DNA from: Bdellovibrionales bacterium | GTDB lineage: Bacteria; Bdellovibrionota; Bdellovibrionia; Bdellovibrionales; UBA1609 | Direction: 5' to 3' | NCBI GenBank assembly: GCA_965203935.1 | Contig: OZ241921.1 | Location: forward strand, 839,354 to 903,353 | DNA: 64,000 nucleotides | In this document: positions 46,843 to 56,754 of the stretch, piece after piece | Numbering within the stretch: the stretch's first letter is position 1 | How the letters are laid out: the number at the start of each line of letters is the position of its first letter | The notes under the pieces: model-generated | Databases searched by the model: none | Seen by the model: the letters and a program-made list of their open reading frames with translations, nothing else | Told to the model about the DNA's origin: nothing | Translations under genes and position numbers: made by a program

Positions 46843-48101
46843 GCTTGTTCCCTGTTTTTAAAGAAGGGTAAAACTTGGTCTGTGGGGATGGATTGTTGGC
46901 TTTTTTCGTCCAGATTTTTTAAGGAAAGGCTTTTGTTTTTAAGCTCTTCAGGACCGAAAATTAAAGCATAGCGCGCCTGCATCTGCACAGCTCTTTTCAT
47001 TTTCTTGCTTAGGTTGCCTGTGGCGCGGGGGTGAAAAACAGTAAGCCCCTCTTTTCGCAAATCATAAGCCAATTTTACGGCCATAAGCTCGGCCTCTTCC
47101 CCCAAAGGCACAAGAGCAATGGGTCTTTTTGGAGCGGGCGTATCTTCGATAAGAAAACAAATTCGCTCCACCCCGGCCCCCCAACCTGTGCCGTGGACCC
47201 GCTCTCCCCCTTCGGCCATTGTTTCGATAAGGCGGTCGTAGCGGCCCCCGGCCAAAACCGTGTTTTGCGCGCCCGCGCTTTTGTCTTTGCTTTTAAATTC
47301 AAAAACCGAGTGGTTATAGTAATCCAAGCCCCGCACAAGCAAAGGGTTTAATGTGTAAGGGATATTCAGCCTGTTAAGGCCTTTTAGAACTTCGTCTTGA
47401 AATTTTTTTGATCTCTTGTTCAAAAAATCCTGTATGGAGGGGGCGGACTTAACCAGCTCTTGATCCTGCAGATCTTTGGAGTCCAAGATTCTTAAAGGGT
47501 TTTTTTTCAGCCGTTTTTGGCTGTCTTTGCTCAACTTGTTTTTAAGAGGTTTTAAGTAAGCCAGCAGGGCGGTGCGATGCTGATCTCTGCTGTCAGGGTC
47601 GCCGATACTGTTTACTTCCAATGTCACCTTGTTTTCTATCTTTAATTTTTTGAAAAAAAGAAAAGCTAAAGAGATACATTCAATGTCCCCGCGGGGGCTG
47701 TCTTCCCCCAAAAGCTCCACTCCCACTGTGTGAAATTGCCTGAGCCTTCCTTTTTGCGGTCTTTCATATCGAAACATCGGCCCTTGATAAAAAAACCTTA
47801 AGGGGAGCTGTTGGTACAGTTTTTCTGTAATAAAGTGGCGGGCCACCCCTGCGGTGCCTTCGGGCCGGAGGGTGAGGCTTTCGCCACTGCGGGACTTAAA
47901 AGTGAACATTTCCTTATTGACTATGTCGGATACGGCCCCCAGGGTTTTGCTGAACACTTCTGTAAATTCAAAAACGGGGGTGGATATTTCCTGAAAGCAA
48001 AATTGCCGGGCTGTTACCCGGGCTGTATCCACAATAAGGTTATGCTTTTGCTTTTGTTTTTGTTTAAGATCTTCTGTGCCACGCACTTTTTTTAAAGACA
48101 T
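46839..48101 (-). CDS. hisS: histidine--tRNA ligase
   Basis: Class II aaRS motifs are present: VRGTEDL, FQEISTPVFEFTEVF, MFTFKSRSGESLTLRPEGTAGVAR and GGRYD. Confidence 0.9.
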   Translation of the reverse strand: MSLKKVRGTEDLKQKQKQKHNLIVDTARVTARQFCFQEISTPVFEFTEVFSKTLGAVSDIVNKEMFTFKSRSGESLTLRPEGTAGVARHFITEKLYQQLPLRFFYQGPMFRYERPQKGRLRQFHTVGVELLGEDSPRGDIECISLAFLFFKKLKIENKVTLEVNSIGDPDSRDQHRTALLAYLKPLKNKLSKDSQKRLKKNPLRILDSKDLQDQELVKSAPSIQDFLNKRSKKFQDEVLKGLNRLNIPYTLNPLLVRGLDYYNHSVFEFKSKDKSAGAQNTVLAGGRYDRLIETMAEGGERVHGTGWGAGVERICFLIEDTPAPKRPIALVPLGEEAELMAVKLAYDLRKEGLTVFHPRATGNLSKKMKRAVQMQARYALIFGPEELKNKSLSLKNLDEKSQQSIPTDQVLPFFKNREQA

Positions 48102-48186
48102 ATTTTGAATGTTCCCTTAAACCGTTATTCCCAAATTTCCACAGAGCTTTTGTAAGTCCTTTTGAGGGCTTGCAGTTCTGCGCCTG

Positions 48187-48774
48187 TCAGCCTTGCAGGT
48201 TCTGTTTTAAAAAATCCCAATTCACTATATTCCAAAAGGCTTTCAGGTAAGCGGGCCGGGCGTTTTTGTAGTCAATATAATAAGCGTGCTCCCAGACATC
48301 GCAGGTTAAAAGGGGCACAGTCCCCTTCTGCTGAAGGGGGTTTTTTGCGTTTCCGGTGGATTGTATCTCCAAGGCGCCTTCCGCGGTTTTCACCAGCCAG
48401 GCCCAGCCGGAGCCAAATTGCCCAAGGGCGCGGGCTGTAAATTGCTCTTTAAACTTCTCCACAGAACCAAAATATTTTTCCAAAATATCGGCTGTTTCTT
48501 TTGGAGGCTCGCCACCCCCTTCAGGAGAAAGGCAGTTCCAGTAAAAAGTGTGATTCCACACTTGAGCGGCATTATTGAACAAGGCTCCTGAGGACTCTTT
48601 AATTATATGCTCCAAAGAGGCTTTTTCAAATCCGCTGTTTTCCAAAAGGCCGTTTAATTTGTTTACATAAGCCTGATGATGTTTCCCGTAGTGGTAATTA
48701 AGTGTTTCTTCAGAAATATGAGGGCTGAGGGCGTTTTTGGGATAGGGAAGCTCCGGCAAGGTAATGGCGGGCAT
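48187..48774 (-). CDS. sodB: superoxide dismutase, Fe type
   Basis: [36 protein letters not shown]. The [14 protein letters not shown] motif is characteristic of Fe-[14 protein letters not shown] is also present. Confidence 0.9.
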   Translation of the reverse strand: MPAITLPELPYPKNALSPHISEETLNYHYGKHHQAYVNKLNGLLENSGFEKASLEHIIKESSGALFNNAAQVWNHTFYWNCLSPEGGGEPPKETADILEKYFGSVEKFKEQFTARALGQFGSGWAWLVKTAEGALEIQSTGNAKNPLQQKGTVPLLTCDVWEHAYYIDYKNARPAYLKAFWNIVNWDFLKQNLQG

Positions 48775-48845
48775 GGCAATCTCCTTTTTATTTTACAGTA
48801 TTTTCAAAACCGGATGTTTCAGTCAAGCTTTTTTACAAAATAAAT

Positions 48846-48874
48846 GGTTGGGATAAGCGGACTTGAACCGCTGT
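48846..48874 (-). repeat. 29-bp direct repeat of the tRNA-Val 3' end (att-like boundary of islet)
   Basis: tggttgggataagcggacttgaaccgctg is identical to 50775-50803, the CCA, acceptor and T-arm portion of tRNA-Val. It is in the same orientation and diverges immediately afterwards. Confidence 0.75.
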
Positions 48875-48951
48875 TTCGCAAATCCTTAAAATCACTGGAA
48901 AACCCGTACAATCAACTATTTAACCCATCATAACCTATCCCCGGTTTCCTC

Positions 48952-49045
48952 TCATTTGTGCCATTTATTGTGCCATTTATTGTGTCATTTATTGTGTCAT
49001 TTATTGTGCCATTTATTGTGTCATTTATTGTGCCATTTATTCCCG
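48952..49045. repeat. 13-bp tandem repeat (c/t)catttattgtg, about 7 copies
   Basis: ccatttattgtgccatttattgtgtcatttattgtgtcatttattgtgccatttattgtgtcatttattgtgccatttatt runs directly into the solo IS end. Confidence 0.85.
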
Positions 49046-49095
49046 ACTTCGACACAACACCTATGAGTTAGAGAATATTTTGAAGTTTTTATTGC
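49043..49095 (+). mobile_element. solo left-end remnant of the IS1634-like element (about 50 bp)
   Basis: cccgacttcgacacaacacctatgagttagagaatattttgaag matches the IS left end cccgacttcgacacaacactatgagttaaaaaatattttgagg, then diverges. No transposase ORF. Confidence 0.6.
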
Positions 49096-49240
49096 ATTTA
49101 AATCAGAAATTGTATAGACAGGGAACAAAAGGGACTGAAAATCACTGGACTAGGATTGTCACTCTGCATCAAAAAGATCAGAGACTTTATTTCAAAGGAC
49201 TGTATATCTTTACCTTCATCAATAATAATAATGGAGAAGC

Positions 49241-49474
49241 ATGAAAGATATTGATTTTGCCCTGGTGGAGAACACTCGCCCTCCTTTATATACCGCCATG
49301 AAATATTGGGGCAAAAAACCTCATAATATCTGGCGGGCATATATAGAAACCTACACCCCTGAAAAGGGCCTGTATTTGGATCCCTTTGCTGGAAGCGCCA
49401 TGAGTGCGTTTGAGGCTGTAAAAGCGGGCTTTATGGCATTACAAAGGTGTGGAAACAGAACAAATATTTACTGA
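49241..49474 (+). CDS. DNA methyltransferase fragment (N6/N4 family motif I region only)
   Basis: YWGKKPHNIW...GLYLDPFAGSAMSAFEAVKAG matches the HPtqKP...VLDPFaGSGTT pattern of N6_N4 methylases. It is 77 aa long, with no DPPY motif. Confidence 0.45.
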   Translation: MKDIDFALVENTRPPLYTAMKYWGKKPHNIWRAYIETYTPEKGLYLDPFAGSAMSAFEAVKAGFMALQRCGNRTNIY

Positions 49475-49946
49475 ACACACAAAACAACTGGCCCTGCTAT
49501 CCCGAACAGGCAAATTAATGGGATTTAAAGTATATATAGGCAAGCCGGAGCAATCGGACCGATATAAAGATAAAAAACTTTCAGAATATGCTGATTTTAC
49601 TGATTTAAACGAACTGAATTTGGAACAGAGAAAAAAAGACAGAATTGAAATGATAGACATGCTTTGGATCAAAAACAAGCATATTGAATACGCCGTTGAA
49701 GTGGAAAATTCCACTAAATTCACTTCAGGTCTTCAAAGGGCATCCAACTTGAATTATGATACAAAAAAAATTATGGTCTTGCCGGAGACAAGAAAACAGG
49801 AATTTTTATCCATACAGGATCCATTGTTTTTGGACACTTTTAAAAAATACAATTGGAAATATCTTTTTTATGAGGATGTGATTGTTTTACAATCCAGCCG
49901 GGCTGTGGATAAGATGTTGTTAAATAAATTCCTAAAAACACTGTAA
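49449..49946 (+). CDS. hypothetical protein, possible PD-(D/E)xK restriction endonuclease
   Basis: The ORF lies between two methylase-like ORFs. It has a weak D...(E/D)xK-like arrangement IEMIDMLWIK...IEYAVEVENSTK. No firmer evidence. Confidence 0.3.
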   Translation: METEQIFTEHTKQLALLSRTGKLMGFKVYIGKPEQSDRYKDKKLSEYADFTDLNELNLEQRKKDRIEMIDMLWIKNKHIEYAVEVENSTKFTSGLQRASNLNYDTKKIMVLPETRKQEFLSIQDPLFLDTFKKYNWKYLFYEDVIVLQSSRAVDKMLLNKFLKTL

Positions 49947-49952
49947 CAAACA

Positions 49953-50774
49953 ATGAACAAAGCGGACACAAGAAACCAATTGAATGATCTGACAGGCAAA
50001 GAATGGCTGAAACTCACCAAAAGTTGGTGGTTGAGTGAAGCATGCAAAGAGGATAAATTTGCTTTTCAGCATCCGGCCCCTTTTTTGATAAAAGACATTA
50101 AAAAGCTCATATCCCTTTTTACAAAAAAGGATATGGTGGTGTTGGATCCTTTTAACGGACTGGGGACCACTTTAACAGCCTCAGCCATGACAGGCAGAAA
50201 AGGCATAGGGATTGACCTTAATAAAGATTATTGTGATATGACAAAAAAAAGGCTAAAAGAGTTGAACCTGATAAAAGGTCAAAAAGTTATTTGTGGCGAT
50301 TCCATGCAGGAAATTAAAAAAATAAAAAAGCCTGTTGATTATTGTGTCACCTCCCCGCCTTATCACAATATTTTAAGGAATAACGGAAAGGGATTAAGAG
50401 AAAAAAAACAAGGGAGAAGAAATGGAGCCAGAACTGTTATTGAATGTTACTCAGAAGATAAAAGGGATTTGGGTAATCAAAACAGCTATGATGATTTTTT
50501 GCAGATGTTTGGCCGCATAATACAGGCTGTTTATAAAAAACTGAAAAACAAAAGGTATGCCAGCATCATTATCAGTGATTTTACAGTGGACAAAAAAGAA
50601 AAATGTGTGCAAGGGGATATTGTTCGTGTTGTCAAAAAATCCGGCTTCGAGTTTTGTGGCACAGTGGCCCTTCTTCAGAATCATAAGCCCCTTTACCCTT
50701 TTGGCTACCCTTTTGCCTATAAAATAAATCATCAGCATCAAAATATTATCACTTTTCGCAAAAACAGCTTTTAG
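49953..50774 (+). CDS. DNA methyltransferase, N6-adenine/N4-cytosine family
   Basis: FQHPAPFLIKDIKKLISLF...VVLDPFNGLGTTLTASAMTGRKGIGIDLNKDY covers motif X and motif I (HP..fP...DPFxGxGTT...GR..iGiE). CVTSPPYHNIL is motif IV ((D/N/S)PPY). Motif I precedes motif IV. Confidence 0.75.
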   Translation: MNKADTRNQLNDLTGKEWLKLTKSWWLSEACKEDKFAFQHPAPFLIKDIKKLISLFTKKDMVVLDPFNGLGTTLTASAMTGRKGIGIDLNKDYCDMTKKRLKELNLIKGQKVICGDSMQEIKKIKKPVDYCVTSPPYHNILRNNGKGLREKKQGRRNGARTVIECYSEDKRDLGNQNSYDDFLQMFGRIIQAVYKKLKNKRYASIIISDFTVDKKEKCVQGDIVRVVKKSGFEFCGTVALLQNHKPLYPFGYPFAYKINHQHQNIITFRKNSF

Positions 50775-50775
50775 T

Positions 50776-50852
<77 letters not shown>

Positions 50853-51098
50853 ATCAACCAAAACAGCCTTTTTAAGCAAATTTAACATAAAAAATCTACT
50901 TGACTAATGTAATTTTTACACCCTATCTCTTATTTTCGCCATTTTTAGTATTTTTATGACTTTATATGTGATATAAGAACTTCATGTTTGTGTCCTTTGT
51001 CCTTGACACCTAATTTTTAGGCTGTCTTCTGAAAAGGAGGTAAAGTGCAAAAGTTTTCAAAAATAGGGGCCACTTCAGTAAGAGAGGGAATAGACATT

Positions 51099-53918
51099 AT
51101 GAGACGGTTATTCTTTATCATGTTTTTGTGTTCTTTAACAGCCAGCCCGGTTTATGCCGGACTTTGCGACGAGGCTTTTTCTGATAAGGGAGAGACTTTT
51201 TCTGCTGTGGAATCTTTTGCCTCAGCGATGACAAAAGGGCTTATTTTAAGAAAGGGGCAGGACAGTCTGTTTGATTTGTATGTAAACCTTTATTTTCCCT
51301 ATCCTTCCAAAAAAAATATTGGAGATGTGGCTGATGTGTTAGGCCGTTTAGAATCCTCCCCTTATTTGTCCAAGCTTCCTGTAAGAGAGCAAACACTTCA
51401 TTTTTCCATAAAAGAGCGGGATCGCCCGGAAAGCCTTAAAAAATTTATCGCTTCTTTTAGCAGGTCCGCCCGTCGGATCCAAGACAATCTTTTTCAGATA
51501 GAGGCCAATTGGTTTTTTTTGGCCAAACTGCTTGATTTTCCCGCAATGCCGTCAAACTTTTTTGCAGGTAAATTGGATGCAAGCGCCTTAAACAGAGAAA
51601 ACCGCGCCTTCATACAAGATCCCATGCGGGATTATCGGGAAAAAGTGATGGTTTTATACAAAGCTCTATCTAAAAAGGAAAAACAGCGGTTCAAGCAAGA
51701 ATACAGAGATGATTTTATGGCCTATTTGGATGCAAGCGCCCTAAACAGCGAAACCCGCGCCTTTATACGAGATCCCAGCCGGGATTATCGGGAAAAAGTG
51801 ATGGTTTTATACAAAGCTCTACAGGAGATTAAACAGTCCTCTGTCAGCGATTTGGCAAAGCGAAACCTATCGCAGACTATGGCGGAACTTATTTGGACAG
51901 CGGGTTTTGGGAATCCGGCTTACAGAGTCGCTCTTGCCGACAAATCTCCTGAAGAAAGCCTGGAGGCTTTACGAAATATTTTAAATGAAAGGGATATCAT
52001 AGCTTTTCGTTTGGGCTTTAACGGACATTTCGCTCAGCTTAAAAAAGAACTTAGGGCGAATATCCCGGAGGAAACAAAAATATTACAGCAAATCACACAG
52101 GACATTCAAAACCAGCCGGGCCGGGTGAAAAAAACCGAGATTTTAAGACTCAGAGCTTTATCCTTTATAGAGTCGCCTTTTCGATCTTGTTTGAGCGGAG
52201 ACTGCGCGACGGAGAATTATTTTACAAAAGCCTTGGATCCTAATTTTCTTTACTTCACTTTAACGGATATTCATCATCGATCTTCCGGCCATGTTACTGT
52301 GGTTTTGGGCACAGCTGAGACAAAAACCGGCGAAAGGGTAAACACGGCTTTTGTGGATCAGATTCAAAATATTGCTCCTAACAGGCTTAAAGCTGTGCTT
52401 GAGGGGATTCGTTTAAGTCTTGAAGAATCCGGCTACAGGCTGGGTCTTCCAGAGGATGTGGGGGATACTCTCTACGGCCTTTCCAATGAGGCTTTGGTGG
52501 GTCTTTATGTGGAATCAAAGATTTATTCGAATTTGCAAAACAAGCTAAAGGACTTTGAGCCTCATATACTGGAGGAAAGTTTTAATTCGTCTTTAAGGAG
52601 GAATAATCTTGAAGAGGCTTTTGGCGATTACGGCTTCACCTCTCTTAATACCGGTGTCCGCGCCGAAGACTGGAACTTTTCTTTCAAGGTGAAAGATGAG
52701 AAGAAAAAGAGATATGATAATAAGAACTATGATAAGGGAGAGTTGAATACTACGAGAGATTACGAATACCTTTATGGCCTTTACGGCTCCGAAGAATCCT
52801 CCGCCGGCCCTAGATGGCACTACTATGATTATGCAGACATCGCCGAAGCCGATTATCCAAGCAGAGCTTATGATAAACTTTTAGAGCTTGAGCCTTTAAA
52901 ACTTAAAGATGTGAGGATCGTTGAGGGAGAAGAACCTTTTATCCGGTTGGCCGACGAAAATTTAAGCGTTCACTCTTTATATGAGAAAATTTTACCTTTG
53001 GCGGATTCCCACAAAGAGGAAGACAGGATAAAATTCTTAAATAACCTCTCCGCCCTAAACCAGGTGGAAGATCTTAATTGGCGCATAGAGGATATAAGGC
53101 GGTATTTGCATTCTGTGCTTGAGAATAAAGATTTTTCTTTTAAACTGAGGAAAAAAGCTTTTTTTACTGTTATTGAATTTGAATGGTATAACAGTAAAGA
53201 TTCAGACAAGTTTGAGTTTTCCGATTTGAAGCAAAAAATATCTGATTATTTTTCTTCAAAGGCGGAAAAAAAGGCCCTTATAGGTGAAATGAGCAGTTGG
53301 AAAAAGACAAGGGAGGATTATCGCCTGCACTTTATCGAAGAATTAAACGATAACGCCTATGCTTATATGCTTGCGGAATTTAAAAACTCAGGTGTCTTTG
53401 ACCCCTTAAGATATGGTGAGCTTACTCCCTTGTGGGATCTGAGCTATATGTTGATTAAAACCATCAAATACGATGGACATCCTATAGCCCTTGTGCGAAA
53501 GCTTTTGGAGGCGGGCGCGGATCCCAATGTTAGGGATAAAAGTATGAAAGGGGGCTCAGGCTGGATATCCCACGGGCTTTTCGTGATGCGGGATGAGCCT
53601 CATAATGACGGGTATTCCCTCCTAATGCTTTCTGCGGGTGAAGGCCGAACAGATACAGCCCGGCTCCTGCTGGAGTGGGGCGCTGATGTGCATGCCAAAA
53701 GTAAGTTCGCGCATAATGATACGGCGCTTAATGTGTCGGTGGATACGGGCCATAAAGATACAGCTCTTTTATTTTTGGAATGGGGTGCGAATATCAATGA
53801 AGCATTCGCACAAAGAACGATTCTCGATGAACAGTTGGACAGAAAAAATACAGACATGGTGGATTTTTTGAAAAGCCGGGGCGCTAAACAGTTTCAAGCA
53901 CTTGACACTTCTTATTAG
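51099..53918 (+). CDS. secreted ankyrin-repeat protein, paralogue 3 (divergent; shares conserved core with 3749-6490)
   Basis: Start reassigned to the ATG at 51099 (MRRLFFIMFLCSLTASPVYAGLCDEAFSD, which aligns with the N-terminus of paralogue 1). The conserved block ESPFRSCLSGDCAT.NYF..ALDPNFLYFTLT....SSGHVTVVLG is present. An internal ~105-bp duplication lies at 51573-51677 and 51726-51830. The C-terminus has ANK repeats. Confidence 0.7.
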   Translation: MRRLFFIMFLCSLTASPVYAGLCDEAFSDKGETFSAVESFASAMTKGLILRKGQDSLFDLYVNLYFPYPSKKNIGDVADVLGRLESSPYLSKLPVREQTLHFSIKERDRPESLKKFIASFSRSARRIQDNLFQIEANWFFLAKLLDFPAMPSNFFAGKLDASALNRENRAFIQDPMRDYREKVMVLYKALSKKEKQRFKQEYRDDFMAYLDASALNSETRAFIRDPSRDYREKVMVLYKALQEIKQSSVSDLAKRNLSQTMAELIWTAGFGNPAYRVALADKSPEESLEALRNILNERDIIAFRLGFNGHFAQLKKELRANIPEETKILQQITQDIQNQPGRVKKTEILRLRALSFIESPFRSCLSGDCATENYFTKALDPNFLYFTLTDIHHRSSGHVTVVLGTAETKTGERVNTAFVDQIQNIAPNRLKAVLEGIRLSLEESGYRLGLPEDVGDTLYGLSNEALVGLYVESKIYSNLQNKLKDFEPHILEESFNSSLRRNNLEEAFGDYGFTSLNTGVRAEDWNFSFKVKDEKKKRYDNKNYDKGELNTTRDYEYLYGLYGSEESSAGPRWHYYDYADIAEADYPSRAYDKLLELEPLKLKDVRIVEGEEPFIRLADENLSVHSLYEKILPLADSHKEEDRIKFLNNLSALNQVEDLNWRIEDIRRYLHSVLENKDFSFKLRKKAFFTVIEFEWYNSKDSDKFEFSDLKQKISDYFSSKAEKKALIGEMSSWKKTREDYRLHFIEELNDNAYAYMLAEFKNSGVFDPLRYGELTPLWDLSYMLIKTIKYDGHPIALVRKLLEAGADPNVRDKSMKGGSGWISHGLFVMRDEPHNDGYSLLMLSAGEGRTDTARLLLEWGADVHAKSKFAHNDTALNVSVDTGHKDTALLFLEWGANINEAFAQRTILDEQLDRKNTDMVDFLKSRGAKQFQALDTSY

Positions 53919-53969
53919 CGCAGGCATAATATAGAAAATACGGCGCTTAAAAGCAAAAACGCGCCGAAA

Positions 53970-54178
53970 CTAAATAGTCGGGCGTGAAAAAGGCTATTAA
54001 ACTGCTGGTCTGCAAGCAAGTCCAAGCTTGTTCAGGCTGGAAGCCCTACGGATAGGGCTTCCAGTTTTACGAAAAAACAAAGAAGAACGGAAGGCCAAAT
54101 TGCCCACCTATACGCCTTCACCGCTTGGCTTTGCTTTTGAGACATAATTTAAAGGGGTTTTTCACGGGCCATTAAATA
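53970..54178. repeat. mosaic palindromic repeat cluster R7 (hairpin with nested sub-hairpins)
   Basis: The junction ctaaatagtcgggcgtgaaaaaggctattaaactgctggtc is followed by tgcaagcaagtccaagc ttgttcagg [ctggaagccctacggatagggcttccag ttttacg...gaaggccaaattgcccacc...] accg cttggctttgc. It ends ...ggtttttcacgggccattaaatag. Confidence 0.75.
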
Positions 54179-54195
54179 GACAAAAGGAGAAAAAT

Positions 54196-54501
54196 ATGGC
54201 TAAAAAGAGCGCTGTTGTAAAAAACAACAGAAGGAAAGAAAAAGCCTTCAAATATTTGAGTATTCGCTCTGCGCTCAGAAAAAAAGTTGTTAATATGAAT
54301 CTTTCTGAAGAGGAAAGGGCTGAAGCCGGGGTGGCTTTGCAAAAACTGCCCAGAAACAGCTCTTTATCCCGTGTGGTTCGCCGTTGCAATATATCCGGCC
54401 GGCCCCGGGGCAATTTGCGGCGCTTTGGGCTTTCCCGCCTGATGTTTCGCAAATTGGCCCACCAAGGGCGTATCCCGGGCGTTATCAAGTCCAGCTGGTG
54501 A
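54196..54501 (+). CDS. rpsN: 30S ribosomal protein S14 (long, non-zinc-ribbon form)
   Basis: [31 protein letters not shown]....[40 protein letters not shown] is a full-length S14. The CxxC..CxxC tetrad is absent, so it is the zinc-independent form. It lies outside any ribosomal protein operon. Confidence 0.88.
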   Translation: MAKKSAVVKNNRRKEKAFKYLSIRSALRKKVVNMNLSEEERAEAGVALQKLPRNSSLSRVVRRCNISGRPRGNLRRFGLSRLMFRKLAHQGRIPGVIKSSW

Positions 54502-55061
54502 TGAAATACATTATCTCCGCCACTAACCGCCCCGGATCCAACAGCCGTATTGTGTCCGGCATTCTTCAGGAAATATACCAAAAAAGGGCCTGCCGGGCGC
54601 AAATCATTTCTTTGCGGGATCTTCCTTTTGATAAACTGCTGGCTCAGCCTTACCCTGAAAAGCTTCCGAAAGAAGTTCAGCAGGTGATTACAAAACTGAA
54701 CGGCTCTTCCGCTTTTACTGTTGTATGTCCTGAATACAACGGCTCTTTTCCCGGTATTTTTAAGTTTTTTATAGATCACTGGAGCTACCCCGAAACCTTT
54801 GAATACCGCCCTATTTCTTTTGTGGGTTTGGGAGGTCGGTTCGGGGGCTTAAGAGCGGTGGAGCAGTTACAGCAGATTATGGGCTACCGAAACGCTTTTA
54901 TTTATCCGCAAAGGGTTTTTTTGCAAAATATCTCTAATCTGCTTTCAAAAGGAAAAATAACAGATCCGGAAATCATACAGCTTCTTAACACACAGGCGGA
55001 GGGTTTTTTAAAATTCATATCCGCTTTGGAGGAACACAAACTGTCCGCCCGTTTTCGTTAA
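54501..55061 (+). CDS. NAD(P)H-dependent FMN reductase-like flavodoxin-fold oxidoreductase
   Basis: The ATG at 54501 overlaps the rpsN stop (tgATG). [20 protein letters not shown]....VVCPEYNGSFPGIFKFFIDHWS matches the FMN_red family pattern (ivsPEYngs.pg.lKn.iD). Confidence 0.7.
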   Translation: MKYIISATNRPGSNSRIVSGILQEIYQKRACRAQIISLRDLPFDKLLAQPYPEKLPKEVQQVITKLNGSSAFTVVCPEYNGSFPGIFKFFIDHWSYPETFEYRPISFVGLGGRFGGLRAVEQLQQIMGYRNAFIYPQRVFLQNISNLLSKGKITDPEIIQLLNTQAEGFLKFISALEEHKLSARFR

Positions 55062-55112
55062 GCTGAAAAAAAGCGGTTTTTAGCTGATTTTGGCTGATTT
55101 AACCTTGTATAT

Positions 55113-56297
55113 TTGGAGTTTATATACGAAAATACAAGGATGATTAAAAGGTCTGTTATTTCTGATTTAAACCGGGCTTTGGACAATCAGTCTGCTGTAG
55201 CGCTTTTAGGTCCAAGACAAACCGGAAAAACCACTCTGGCCCGTTTTATAGCCAAAGATCGCCCGGCGATTTACATGGATCTGGAGTCACCCGCAGATCT
55301 GTTAAAGCTGGATCAGCCTTTATTGTTTTTGTCTCAACACCCGAACAAGCTGATTATATTGGATGAGATTCAAAGAAAGCCGGATCTGTTTATGGTTTTG
55401 CGGGGCTTGATTGATAAAAGGCGAACAGAGGGACACAAAGACGCGCGGTTTTTAATCTTGGGTTCCGCCAACAGAGATTTGTTAAAACAATCATCACAGA
55501 GCCTGGCCGGCCGTATCAGTTATTTTGAACTGACCGGGTTTAATTTGCTGGAAACAAAAGAAACAAAAAAGCTGTGGCTGAGGGGTGGCTTTCCTGAGAG
55601 TTTTCTTGCCGACAGTCTTCGCGTCAGTCTGCATTGGCGGGAGGATTTTATACGCACTTACTTGGAAAGAGACATTCCTCAATTTGGTTTTCGCATCCCT
55701 TCTGAAAGAATGCGCAGATTATGGACTATGTTGGCACACCTGCAAGGGCAAACATTAAATGCGTCCGGTTTGGCCGGTAATTTGGATTTAAACAGCAAAA
55801 CCATAAAATATTACATTGATATTCTGACAGATCTGCTGTTGGTGCGCTGTTTGAAACCTTGGCACAGCAATATTAAAAAGCGACTGGTGAAAGCTCCCCG
55901 TGTTTATATCCGCGACAGCGGTCTTCTGCATCAGCTGATTGGCATTCACAGTTACGATCAACTTATTTCTCATCCTGTTGTAGGAGCCGGTTGGGAGGGC
56001 TTTGTTATTGAAAACATTATATCCATCTTGCCCAAAGGGGCGGATGCTTATTTTTACAGAACACAAGCGGGTGCGGAAATTGATCTTATCATCAGATTTT
56101 CTGAAAAGGATCTGTGGGCGGTGGAAATAAAAAGAGGTTTTTCCCCAAAAATTCAAAAAGGTTTTTATTCAGCCTGTGAGGATGTAAAACCGGCAAAAAA
56201 ATATATTGTGTACAGTGGGGACGACGAATTTCAGATAAGAGACAATATCACTGTTTTAAGCCTGCTTAAAATAATGAAACATATCCAAAATCTATAG
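55113..56297 (+). CDS. AAA+ superfamily ATPase (AAA_14 + DUF4143 type)
   Basis: Walker A is LLGPRQTGKTTLARFIA. Walker B is LIILDEIQ. Length and C-terminal pattern are typical of the widespread uncharacterised DUF4143 ATPases. Confidence 0.75.
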   Translation: MEFIYENTRMIKRSVISDLNRALDNQSAVALLGPRQTGKTTLARFIAKDRPAIYMDLESPADLLKLDQPLLFLSQHPNKLIILDEIQRKPDLFMVLRGLIDKRRTEGHKDARFLILGSANRDLLKQSSQSLAGRISYFELTGFNLLETKETKKLWLRGGFPESFLADSLRVSLHWREDFIRTYLERDIPQFGFRIPSERMRRLWTMLAHLQGQTLNASGLAGNLDLNSKTIKYYIDILTDLLLVRCLKPWHSNIKKRLVKAPRVYIRDSGLLHQLIGIHSYDQLISHPVVGAGWEGFVIENIISILPKGADAYFYRTQAGAEIDLIIRFSEKDLWAVEIKRGFSPKIQKGFYSACEDVKPAKKYIVYSGDDEFQIRDNITVLSLLKIMKHIQNL

Positions 56298-56303
56298 AAC
56301 CCA

Positions 56304-56585
56304 CATTAGTCGGGTGTGAAAAAGAACCGTATTGCACTCTCCGCCCGGTTTTTAAAGGGCCGGAGGGTTCAGACAGGCGCCGTTTGGCGATATTTGATTT
56401 TCACGACCATCCTGTTGTTCAAGAAAAGTCCTTTATTTGAGACATGCTGTTTGGCTTGACCAATTTTTAAGTTTATTGTTTCCTGTTTTGCCATTACTCA
56501 AATATCGCCAAAGGCGAACTCACCTCCAGCCCTTTAAAAACCGGGCGGAGACCAAAGTCTGTTTTTCACAGGCGACTACATTAAT
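56304..56585. repeat. mosaic palindromic repeat cluster R8 (junctions flanking a ~240-bp long imperfect hairpin of different sequence)
   Basis: The junction cattagtcgggtgtgaaaaag is followed by long inverted arms (ctctccgcccggtttttaaagggccggagg...gccgtttggcgatatttg // caaatatcgccaaaggcg...cctccagccctttaaaaaccgggcggagac). The end junction gtttttcacaggcgactacattaatg is degenerate. Confidence 0.7.
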
Positions 56586-56620
56586 GTGAATATATTACAC
56601 TAATGTGAATATATTACACT
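56579..56620. promoter_or_regulatory. tandem 19-bp direct repeat taatgtgaatatattacac x2, each containing a TGTGA-N6-TACAC dyad (CRP/FNR-like)
   Basis: Seen directly at 56581-56600 and 56601-56619, about 135 bp upstream of the secreted-protein gene at 56755. It overlaps the degenerate end junction of R8. Confidence 0.3.
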
Positions 56621-56754
56621 GTTTTTTAATTTTAGAGTTTGAAAAACAGACTTTTTTCGCTCGATTATATTTTTAGCTTGACTTATCAACTTATCGGGGT
56701 GATTTTAAGAAAACATATAGTTTATTATTAGAGTCTGAAAAAGGAGAATATGCC

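Noticed and set aside
48952-49045. Possible CRISPR array (short direct repeats catttattgtg)
   Set aside because: The 13-bp units are directly tandem with no spacers and no cas genes nearby. This is a minisatellite, not CRISPR.
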